Source: Myxococcota bacterium
GTDB taxonomy: Bacteria; Myxococcota_A; SURF-8
Assembly (NCBI GenBank): GCA_965140415.1
Contig: OZ223209.1
Coordinates: 5,760,001 to 5,824,000 of the forward strand
Direction: 5' to 3'
DNA length: 64,000 bases
The stretch's first letter is position 1, and each line of letters begins with the position of its first letter. The notes below the pieces were generated by a model. That model saw nothing but the letters and a program-made list of their open reading frames with translations, ran no database searches and was not told where the DNA came from. A program made the position numbers and the translations under genes. Positions 48,329 through 57,001 of this stretch are shown in pieces.

Positions 48329-49264
48329 TCAGCCCTGGCTCATATCCGGTCGGGGATACAGGCCCGCGCCTTTGACCATCGGTTCTACCGCCTCTTCCCA
48401 TTCGATGGCCATGATGTGAACGCCGGCCACGCCTTCCATCTCCTTCAACGCTTTGATGGTTTCGATGGCGATCTCGATACCGGTTTCCTTCTGCTTGTCC
48501 GCAGGCGCATCTTTCATGCGCTGCACCATGGCGTCGGGTACATCCATACCCGCCACGTTTTTGGCCATGTACGAAGCCATGCGCGCGCTCTTCATGGGTG
48601 TCACACCCGCTAAAATTTTGACCTGCTCGTGCAGACCGCGTTTGCGTACACCTTCCATCCATTCGCCGAAACGATCCAGGTTAAAGACGCACTGCGTCTG
48701 GATGAAGTTGACACCCGCCGCCGCCTTCTTCGCCAGACGCGGAACGCGAATCGCAAAGGGATCGGCAAAGGGATTGGCCGCCGCACCGATGAACATCTTG
48801 GGCGCGCCCTTTTTGATGGGCTTGCCGCCCTGGAACACTTCGTCGTCGCGCATACGCTTGACGATGTTGATCAGTTGAATGGAATCGACATCGTACACGT
48901 TTTTGCTGCCCGGATGATCGCCGAACTGTTGGTGATCGCCGGAAAGGCAGACGATGTTCTTGATGCCCAACGCCGCCGCGCCCAGAATGTCGGATTGCAT
49001 GGCGATGCGGTTACGGTCACGACAGACCATCTGCATCACCGGCTCCAAGCCCATTTCCAGCAAAAGCTTGCTGGCAGCGATGGAGGACATGCGCACCATG
49101 GCCGTCTGATTGTCCGTGACGTTCACGGCATCGACGAAGCCTTTCAATAGCGCTCCCTTTTCACGCACAACTTCCGGGTCCATTCCACGAGGCGGTCCGC
49201 ATTCACCCGTGACCGCAAAGTGTCCAGCTCGTAACACGGCTTCGAGATTGCTGTTTGAAATCAT
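48329..49264 (-). CDS. metF: Methylenetetrahydrofolate reductase
   Basis: GECGPPRG, NVTDNQTA, CRDRNRIAMQ, LSGD, FIQTQ, GVHIMA. Confidence 0.93.
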   Translation of the reverse strand: MISNSNLEAVLRAGHFAVTGECGPPRGMDPEVVREKGALLKGFVDAVNVTDNQTAMVRMSSIAASKLLLEMGLEPVMQMVCRDRNRIAMQSDILGAAALGIKNIVCLSGDHQQFGDHPGSKNVYDVDSIQLINIVKRMRDDEVFQGGKPIKKGAPKMFIGAAANPFADPFAIRVPRLAKKAAAGVNFIQTQCVFNLDRFGEWMEGVRKRGLHEQVKILAGVTPMKSARMASYMAKNVAGMDVPDAMVQRMKDAPADKQKETGIEIAIETIKALKEMEGVAGVHIMAIEWEEAVEPMVKGAGLYPRPDMSQG

Positions 49265-49926
49265 TTAAGATCCTCCCGCGTGATGTGGCGCGGCCCTCCG
49301 TCGCGGCTCGTCGACCAGTCATTCACTTCATTGATTTTTTCGTAATTTTCAAGCTGATCCAAATCGGTCAGCCTGTCGATAATCACTTGCCAGCCGCAGG
49401 GAACATCTTTGTTGATTTCACAGTGGCCATCGACCGACCCGCCGCAGGGGCCGTTTAACAGACTCTTGGAACAACGCGAAATAGGGCAGATGCCGCCGGT
49501 CAGATGCAGTTTGCAACTACCGCAAGCCTGGCAGCGTTCCGTGTACTCGCCCGCCGCCGTCGCACCTCCCATAAAGGTGGTGTTCAGCGCTGGGAACACC
49601 GGCATACCCTTGTAACGCTCAGCCACAAACTGAACGCCGACACCGCAGCCCAATGACATCACGGCATCCACGCCTTCCAGATGCTGTTCCAGCATCTGCA
49701 CGTATTCCGGGTCGCACTGCCGCTCCAGCGTGATCTCCACGATTTCGATCGGCTTCTCCGCCTTCTGTCTTGCCAGCTTGATCTGGGTGCTTAGAATACC
49801 GACTTCCTTCTGACCTCCCGCACTGCATACCGTCACGCAGCCTTTACAACCGACGAGCGCGATCTTGTTGTACGGAGCAAGCATTTCCTCCAGCACATCC
49901 ATTGCTTTTCGTTCTGCTACGATCAT
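49261..49926 (-). CDS. metV: MetV, Fe-S/Zn subunit of methylene-THF reductase
   Basis: GC.GCVTVC, ERQCD, CQACGSC, CPISRCSKSLLNGPCGG, CGW. Confidence 0.9.
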   Translation of the reverse strand: MIVAERKAMDVLEEMLAPYNKIALVGCKGCVTVCSAGGQKEVGILSTQIKLARQKAEKPIEIVEITLERQCDPEYVQMLEQHLEGVDAVMSLGCGVGVQFVAERYKGMPVFPALNTTFMGGATAAGEYTERCQACGSCKLHLTGGICPISRCSKSLLNGPCGGSVDGHCEINKDVPCGWQVIIDRLTDLDQLENYEKINEVNDWSTSRDGGPRHITREDLK

Positions 49927-50360
49927 GCGCGTACCTCCTGGTCCTCGGGGTTTCTCACGGCTAAATTAGGACCCAATTGACGTATCTTTTCCGTGAATAC
50001 ATTGAACAACTCGGCTAGCTGCGGTCCCATGGATGCAGCATTGTTATGAAATTCAAGTCGCTCCGGATCGATATGCGCCTCTTCCAACAACTTGCGACCG
50101 CGGGCGATGCGTTTTTTCGCCTTGATGTTGCCGCTGATGAAATGGCAATCGCCTTCCATGCAACCGACCACCAGAACGCCGTCGGCTCCTTTTAGAAAGG
50201 CATCCAGCACTTCCTGCAACTCGGCGCGCCCCGAACAGGGAATGCGGACGATGCGCACGTTGGGCGGATAACTGAGCCGCATGGAGCCGGCCAGATCCGC
50301 CGCTGCGAATCCGCAGTAGTTGCAGCAGAACGCGATAATGGTAGGTTCGAAATCAGCCAA
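49923..50360 (-). CDS. mvhD: MvhD 2Fe-2S subunit
   Basis: FCCNYC..AADLAG, PCSGR, GADGV...GC..GDCHF..GN. Confidence 0.93.
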   Translation of the reverse strand: MADFEPTIIAFCCNYCGFAAADLAGSMRLSYPPNVRIVRIPCSGRAELQEVLDAFLKGADGVLVVGCMEGDCHFISGNIKAKKRIARGRKLLEEAHIDPERLEFHNNAASMGPQLAELFNVFTEKIRQLGPNLAVRNPEDQEVRA

Positions 50361-53300
50361 TTCTTCCTCCCTCTTGTTCCTCGTGTTGCTGGATCACATC
50401 GAGAATGGATTCTATCTGGCTATTGGTGAAGTGCTGAAGTTGAATTGCTTTGCCAGGACATTCGGAAGCGCACACACCGCAACCGCGACATTCCGCCGGG
50501 TTGATATAGGCTGCGCCGATATTGCTGTCGATGATCGGAACGCCATACGGGCAGGCTCGCACGCAACCCAGGCAGACCGCGCATTTGTCCGGGTCCACCA
50601 CGGAAACCTGTCCACCCACCGAGAGATGATCTTTGGACAGAATGCTCATGGCGCGTGCGGCAGCGGCGGAAGCCTGAGCGATGGTTTCATCGATCGGCTT
50701 GGGACCGTGCGCCAGACCGGCCATGTAGACGCCGTCGGAGGGGAAATCTACCGGACCCAGTTTCTGATGCACTTCCAGGAAATAGCCGTCCGCCGTGCGC
50801 GGAAGTTTCAGAATTTCCGCAATGACGTTGTTGTCGTTGGGTTCGATGGCTGCCGCCAAAACCAGCAGATCCGCCTGAACCTTCAGTTTACCCAAGCGCG
50901 GCAGAGGATGCTCCACAAGCACCTTGTCTCCCTGCGGCGTCACGACCGGTTGATGCTCCAAATCGTAGCGTACGAACAACACGCCCAGTTGTCGCGCCTG
51001 CTCGTAGAGTTTTTCCTTCATCCCGTAGGAGCGCATGTCGCGGAACAGAATGGTCACGTTGGTTTTGGGCGAATTCTGCTTGATCAGAATGGCGTTCTTC
51101 AACGACTGCGAACAGCAGACCTTGCTGCAATAAGGACGGGTTTCGTTGCGCGAGCCGACGCATTGGATCATAACGACTTCTTTAAGCGCCGAGACCTCAT
51201 CCGGGTTATGCTCCAAGCGCTGTTCCAGATCCAGTTGCGTGATGACCGCCGGGCTTTCCCCATAACCGAAGGTATCCGGCTTGGTTTCGCGCCCGCCGAT
51301 AGCCACCACCGTGGCACCGTGCTTGATCGACATGCGACGTTTCTCGCCGTTACTCTGCTCGATCAGACTTTCGAAGTTACCCAAAAAACCGTCGGTGCGC
51401 AGCAGACGCGCACTGGTCAAGACCTCGATTTTGTCGTGTTCATTCACACGCCGAATCAGATCTTCGCGGAATTCCTTGATGGGACGCCCGTCGTGTGTGG
51501 CCCGCAGTTTGTTCAGGTTACCGCCCAGTTTGTCGCTCATTTCGATCAAGGTCGTCGGGAAGCCCTGATCCGCCAATTCCAGCGCAGCGGTCATTCCTGC
51601 CAAACCACCACCGATGACCAGCGCACTGTGTACCAGCGACTGGTTCTGTTTATGCAGCGGTTCCAACTGACGCGCATTGTTGATGGCCATATCGACCAGC
51701 ATTTTGGCTTTGTCCGTGGCGCGTTCCGGTTCCTTCTGATGGACCCAACTGCAATGCTCGCGGATATTGGCCATGCTGAACAGGTAGTTGTTGATACCGG
51801 TATCGCGCAAGGTTGCCTGGAACAAGGGTTCGTGGGTACGCGGCGTACAGGACGCCACCACCATGCGGTTGATGCCCTTTTCCTTGATGATCTCTTTCAT
51901 ATGTTCCTGATTATCCTGCGAACAGGCAAACAGGACGCCCTCGGCGTGAACGACGTCGCCATGACGGCCAGCATAATCAGCCACGTCCGGCACGTTGACG
52001 ATGCCGCCGATATTGATACCGCAGTTACACACCCATACACCGATGCGCTGATCGCTCGCGTCTGTGTCTTTTTCATCCACCAGTTGTAGCTGTTCAATCT
52101 GGGTGTTGCGTGCACTGCCCAGATGCCGCGTGGCGGCTGCCGCCGCTCCACTGGCCTGGGCCACCGATTCGGGAATGTCTTTGGGCCCCTGCATGACGCC
52201 ACAGACGAACACACCCGGCTTGGTGGTTGCCAACGGCTTGAAGGGATCCGTTTTGGCAAAGCCGAAATCATCCAGTTCGATGCCCACGCGCTGCGCCAGT
52301 TCCGCGACTTCCTCGCGCGGTTTCAGACCGGTGGAAAGCACGAGCAGATCGAAAGTCTCCTTGACCGCTTTGCCGTCTTCACCGATGTAGGTGACTTCGA
52401 TGTCCTGGTTCTCCGGGACTTCATCTACACGAGAGATCATCGAACGCACGTAGCGCACGCCGTACTGACTTTGCGCACGGTTGCAGTAGTCGTCGAAACC
52501 TTTTCCGGCGGCGCGCAGTTCCATCATGAAGATGGTCGTCTGCAAATCTCCGCCTGCGTGGTCGGTAGCGATAACCGCTTCCTTGGTAGCGAACATACAG
52601 CAGACCGCCGAACAGTAGTTGCGGTCGTTGCGTTTGTCGCGACTACCCACGCATTGAATCCAGGCGATTTTGTGCGGGTGCTTGCCGTCGCTGATACGCG
52701 CCACATGTCCTTCCGACGGTCCCGTGGCCGACAGCATGCGCTCGAAGTCCATGCTGGTAATCACGTTCTGCCAGCGTCCGTAACCGTATTCGCCGATTTC
52801 CTCGGCTTCGAACTGATCGAAACCCGGGGCGAGGATCACGCTACCGACATCGAGGATGCGCTCGCGTTCCGGCATGTTGTGGTCGATCGCTTTGGCGACG
52901 CAGGTCTCCTCGCACAAGCCACATTCCGAACAGGTACCGCAGACCAAGCAACGTCCCGCCTCGGCAATGGCTTCCTCTTCGGTCATCACCTGTGCGACTT
53001 CGTCGAAGGTGCCGATGCGCTTTTCGACATCGATATGATGAGGCGCAGGCCGATGCGCTTCCGGTACGCGCGACAGTTTGGGCTCGGGGGCCAGTTTCGG
53101 CAACCATTCGCGCCCTTCACGCAGATCCTGACCGTTCAAGTAACGGTGAATGCTCTCCGCCGCTTCTTTTCCATGGGCAATGGCGGTAATGGCAATGCCC
53201 GGTCCCGCCTGCAAGTCGCCACCGGCGAAGACGTTGGGAACTTCGGTTTGGAAGGTCAACGGATCGGCCTTGATCCAGCCGTGATTCAAAATCTTGTCCA

Positions 53301-54831
53301 GCGACGAACCGCTCAGGAAATCGTCCGGTCCCTGGCCGATGGCCACGATGACGTTATCGCATTCGATGGTTTCCGTTGCATTGTCGTCGAAGGTCGGGGC
53401 AAAGCGCCCGTTTTCATCGAGTACCGACAAGCACTTACGGAAAGTGATCCCCGTAACTTTACCGGCTCCATCTTTATGGATTTCCACCGGACCCACGGAA
53501 TTGTGACGAATTACGCCCTCTTCCTCGCCTTCCACGATTTCATCGAGGCTGGCGAGCATGTCTTCACGCGATTCCAGGCAACACAGATGCACTTCGCGTT
53601 TGGCGTTTGCATCCGCCTGGGTCAAGACGCGCAACGAGGTGCGAGCGACATCGTAGGCGACATCACCGCCGCCGATCACTACCACCCGGCGTCCCAAAGT
53701 CGGCGGATTCAGGTAGGCCACATCGCGCAGGAAATCGATACCCGGCAGCACGCCTTCGGCGTCTTCGCCCGGTACGTTTAACATGCGCGCTTTCTGCGCA
53801 CCGCCCGCGATGAACATGGAATCGTAGTCGGAAGTCAGGCTATCCACGCTGACGTCCGTGCCTACACGAGTATTGCAGCGAATCTCGACGCCGATATCTT
53901 CAATCGCCTTGATTTCCGCCGCCAGAATTTCGCGCGGCAGACGATAAGCGGGAATGCCACTGCGCAGCATACCGCCCGCTTCGGGTGCGGATTCGAATAC
54001 GGTCACGGCGTGGCCGTTCAAGCGCAGGAACCAGGCAGCCGTCAGACCCGCAGGTCCACCACCGACCACGGCGATTTTCTTGCCGGTATCCGCAGCGACT
54101 TCGGGCAACGCTTCCGCCGCCTCGTGGGTCGTTTCGTAATCGGAGACGAAGCGCTTCAGTTCGCGAATCGCCAAAGGCTCATCGACTTTGCCACGATTGC
54201 AGGCATCTTCGCAGGGATGCGGACAGACGCGACCGCAGACCGCCGGGAAGGGCAGTTCGCGTCGGATGACTTTAAGGGCATCGGCAAAGCGGCCCTGGCC
54301 GATCAGCGCTACATAACCCTGACAGCGTGTATGCACCGGGCAGGCGTCGCGGCAGGGCGACGTTCCCTTTTTCTCGATGGCATAGCCGCCGGGAATGGCC
54401 TGGGGGTAACGCTTGCGAATGGCACGGCGTCCATCCAGGCCCATGTTGTATTCGTTGGGAAGTTCGATCGGACAGACCTTGGCGCACTCACCGCAGCCGG
54501 TACATTTTTCCAGATCGACATAACGCGGATGCATCATGACCTTGGCCTGGAAAGTCCCCGGATCGCCATCCAGCCCCAGCACTTCCGTGTTGGTCAGAAT
54601 TTCGATGTTCGGATGTCGTCCCACCTCGATCAGCTTCGGCGAAATAATGCACATCGAGCAATCGTTGGTGGGGAAGGTCTTGTCCAGTTGCGCCATGCGA
54701 CCACCGATGGCCGTGTCGCGCTCGACCAGATATACTTTAAACCCGGCGTTGGCCAGATCGATGGACGCCTGCATCCCGCCGATGCCTGCGCCAACTACCA
54801 TCACCGCTCCTACTGGTTGTTTCGCCGTCAT
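50353..54831 (-). CDS. hdrA: Large heterodisulfide reductase A-like flavoprotein with inserted GltD-like NAD(P)H module (HdrL type)
   Basis: GAGIGG, LDKTFPTNDCS; insert CGRVCPHPCE, GGGPAG, GIPAYRLP, GGGDVA; two QCVGSR..YCS.VCC repeats; terminal ferredoxin. Confidence 0.93.
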   Translation of the reverse strand: MTAKQPVGAVMVVGAGIGGMQASIDLANAGFKVYLVERDTAIGGRMAQLDKTFPTNDCSMCIISPKLIEVGRHPNIEILTNTEVLGLDGDPGTFQAKVMMHPRYVDLEKCTGCGECAKVCPIELPNEYNMGLDGRRAIRKRYPQAIPGGYAIEKKGTSPCRDACPVHTRCQGYVALIGQGRFADALKVIRRELPFPAVCGRVCPHPCEDACNRGKVDEPLAIRELKRFVSDYETTHEAAEALPEVAADTGKKIAVVGGGPAGLTAAWFLRLNGHAVTVFESAPEAGGMLRSGIPAYRLPREILAAEIKAIEDIGVEIRCNTRVGTDVSVDSLTSDYDSMFIAGGAQKARMLNVPGEDAEGVLPGIDFLRDVAYLNPPTLGRRVVVIGGGDVAYDVARTSLRVLTQADANAKREVHLCCLESREDMLASLDEIVEGEEEGVIRHNSVGPVEIHKDGAGKVTGITFRKCLSVLDENGRFAPTFDDNATETIECDNVIVAIGQGPDDFLSGSSLDKILNHGWIKADPLTFQTEVPNVFAGGDLQAGPGIAITAIAHGKEAAESIHRYLNGQDLREGREWLPKLAPEPKLSRVPEAHRPAPHHIDVEKRIGTFDEVAQVMTEEEAIAEAGRCLVCGTCSECGLCEETCVAKAIDHNMPERERILDVGSVILAPGFDQFEAEEIGEYGYGRWQNVITSMDFERMLSATGPSEGHVARISDGKHPHKIAWIQCVGSRDKRNDRNYCSAVCCMFATKEAVIATDHAGGDLQTTIFMMELRAAGKGFDDYCNRAQSQYGVRYVRSMISRVDEVPENQDIEVTYIGEDGKAVKETFDLLVLSTGLKPREEVAELAQRVGIELDDFGFAKTDPFKPLATTKPGVFVCGVMQGPKDIPESVAQASGAAAAATRHLGSARNTQIEQLQLVDEKDTDASDQRIGVWVCNCGINIGGIVNVPDVADYAGRHGDVVHAEGVLFACSQDNQEHMKEIIKEKGINRMVVASCTPRTHEPLFQATLRDTGINNYLFSMANIREHCSWVHQKEPERATDKAKMLVDMAINNARQLEPLHKQNQSLVHSALVIGGGLAGMTAALELADQGFPTTLIEMSDKLGGNLNKLRATHDGRPIKEFREDLIRRVNEHDKIEVLTSARLLRTDGFLGNFESLIEQSNGEKRRMSIKHGATVVAIGGRETKPDTFGYGESPAVITQLDLEQRLEHNPDEVSALKEVVMIQCVGSRNETRPYCSKVCCSQSLKNAILIKQNSPKTNVTILFRDMRSYGMKEKLYEQARQLGVLFVRYDLEHQPVVTPQGDKVLVEHPLPRLGKLKVQADLLVLAAAIEPNDNNVIAEILKLPRTADGYFLEVHQKLGPVDFPSDGVYMAGLAHGPKPIDETIAQASAAAARAMSILSKDHLSVGGQVSVVDPDKCAVCLGCVRACPYGVPIIDSNIGAAYINPAECRGCGVCASECPGKAIQLQHFTNSQIESILDVIQQHEEQEGGRIG

Positions 54832-55664
54832 GCCAGCTCCCGTATGCTAAGTAAGGACTGAGGGTCGCTTAGATGTTTGCGGAAGTAGCCCTTCGCCCGT
54901 GTCGGGTCCAGGGCCAGCATCATCAGCTCCGTAAAATAAAAGACCGGCAAGGGTCGCGGGCCATCGCCCATCCATTGCCGCTCCAGATTCATGAAGCACA
55001 TCGAACAACCGGTGACGATCGCTTCCGCACCGGTGCGCGCCGCCATTTTGAAGATATCGCCGGTCAGCTTCCCAACGATTTCGTCGCGCGTCATCGTCAG
55101 ACTGCCGCCACAACAGGTCGTCTTGTAGGACCAGTCGATGACCTCCGCGCCGAGAGCTTTCAAGATGTCGTCGACTTCCGTGGGATTTTCCGGTTTGGGC
55201 GCGCCGGTGATATTGGCCGGGCGCGACGTCAGGCAGCCGTAATAGCAGACCACCTTCAGGCCTTTCAGCCCGTCTCCAGCCTGCTTTTTGAGTTTTTTCA
55301 GCACCTCTTCTTTACTGAACAGGTGCATGACATGCTTTACTTCCGCCTTGCCGGTCACGTTTTCCACGCCCTTGGGTGCGCCATGTTCCAACACGTGATG
55401 ACGAGCAGCGGCCAAACGACCGAAGCAGGCCGGGCAGGGGGTCACGACTTCATCTCCCATCTGCTCGGCAATCGCCAGATTACGTCCCGCTAACGCGACG
55501 TTCAATTCGTGACTGACTGTGTGGGCGCTACTTGCACCGCAACAGCTCCAGTCTGGAAGTTCGGTCAATTCCATGTCCAGCATGCGACACAGATCGCGGG
55601 TGGACTGGTCCAATTCCTGGCCGGTTCCCTCCGCGCTGCAACCTGGGTAGTATGCCACTTTCAT
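54828..55664 (-). CDS. hdrB: Heterodisulfide reductase subunit B
   Basis: YYPGCS, DWSCCGA, CPAC, YYGCL, CCGG, CSMC. Confidence 0.93.
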   Translation of the reverse strand: MKVAYYPGCSAEGTGQELDQSTRDLCRMLDMELTELPDWSCCGASSAHTVSHELNVALAGRNLAIAEQMGDEVVTPCPACFGRLAAARHHVLEHGAPKGVENVTGKAEVKHVMHLFSKEEVLKKLKKQAGDGLKGLKVVCYYGCLTSRPANITGAPKPENPTEVDDILKALGAEVIDWSYKTTCCGGSLTMTRDEIVGKLTGDIFKMAARTGAEAIVTGCSMCFMNLERQWMGDGPRPLPVFYFTELMMLALDPTRAKGYFRKHLSDPQSLLSIRELA

Positions 55665-56233
55665 CCGATGTTCTCCTTGAATAGCTTCCGGATTTCATCT
55701 CGGGAAGAAACGTTTTTGGCGAAAAGATGAATTTTACCTTTGCCGAACAGTTTCAGCCCCAGCTTGAAGTCCTTGAAGAAGTCGCCGGTGGCCATCTTGT
55801 ATTTGCGGATCATGCTCAACTCATGCAGACGACCATGCCGCTCTACCGTATCCATGAAAGCTTTGTGGAAAGCCGGGATACTCGGTTCCGATGGCGTGAC
55901 ACCGCTTGCGGTAGCCCGTTGGCGCAAGAAGTCGATGACCTTGGGCAACGCCAACTGATTGGGGCAGCGTGTCGTGCAGGTTTCGCAGGAAACGCACAAC
56001 CACAGGTGATGGGACTGGAAAAGCTGATCTTCCATGCCCAACTGCACCATGCGCCAGAAATCGTGCGGCATCACATCGGTCAGTTCCACGATCGGACAGC
56101 CCGACGAGCATTTCCCACACTGGTAACACTCCATCGGATTGACGCCGGTTTCTTCGGCTACCTGTTGTGCCAATTCGGAATTTGGTGAAATTTCTTCACT
56201 TTCGAAAGGGGGGGTTTGGGTATCCATTGCCAT
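55661..56233 (-). CDS. hdrC: Heterodisulfide reductase subunit C
   Basis: CYQCGKCSSGCP and WLCVSCETCTTRCP; start uncertain (56227/56233/56281). Confidence 0.92.
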   Translation of the reverse strand: MAMDTQTPPFESEEISPNSELAQQVAEETGVNPMECYQCGKCSSGCPIVELTDVMPHDFWRMVQLGMEDQLFQSHHLWLCVSCETCTTRCPNQLALPKVIDFLRQRATASGVTPSEPSIPAFHKAFMDTVERHGRLHELSMIRKYKMATGDFFKDFKLGLKLFGKGKIHLFAKNVSSRDEIRKLFKENIG

Positions 56234-56711
56234 TGCAAGCCTCGCATTGCGTGTTGAAATGGAATTGAAAACGTTGTTCAATACAGACTACAAGTGCCAC
56301 ATCCGAAGCCGTCACTATATGGACAGCGCTTGCGGTTGATCATGTCGGTAAATCTATCGGCGCCTTGAACCAGCCATCCGCTATATAACACCACTGCACC
56401 CATCAGCGCTATTATGCCGATCCATGGTGCCGATCACGCTGACGCAGGCCCGAAGCCGGCGTTGGTTGCGGGTGACGCGGGGCTGGGATTTTTCCTGCGT
56501 CTGCTACCCGACACCCACTTTCGCTCTATATTGGTCTTGTGTCAAGCGGATGAACCATCATTTTTTTCATTTCCCCAGGAAAAATGCCACTAACCCGAAA
56601 TTCACAAGCACGCAGCATACCTTTCAATTCGGCGAAACGGGCATTCGCCGGGAAAAATGACGCAAAAACCCCACCTGTCCCATCGTCATAGTGGGAAACC
56701 GGCAAGCGCCC

Positions 56712-56740
56712 TTGACGCAGAGACAAAGCGTCCGTATAAT
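56712..56740 (+). promoter_or_regulatory. Near-consensus sigma70 promoter
   Basis: TTGACG-N17-TATAAT. Confidence 0.7.
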
Positions 56741-57001
56741 CAAGTGTAATGCATTCGTTGTCTTGGCTTCCGGGTAGTCTGCCTGTCGTATTTCAGGGGC
56801 GTGTCGGCACTCTTGTATGGAACCATACGAGAGTCTTGTTGCTGTTCGTTATGCGTTTCAAGCGCCTCCCTTCCAGAACATGCCCCGGACCCGGACGTTC
56901 ATGGAATGCCGCCCGCGCCCCCATCGAGGATAGAAGAATTGCGCACCGGGGTATGCATCGGTTTCAATTCGCCGTTCGATTCCAGCTATCGGGGTGAATA
57001 C

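Noticed and set aside
50320-53781. Long plus-strand ORFs (589 and 552 aa)
   Set aside because: Antisense shadows of hdrA in GC-rich DNA; no recognisable motifs.
48329-56233. Methanogenesis or selenocysteine recoding
   Set aside because: Bacterial Hdr-MetVF context; the ORFs are open with Cys codons and no in-frame TGA.
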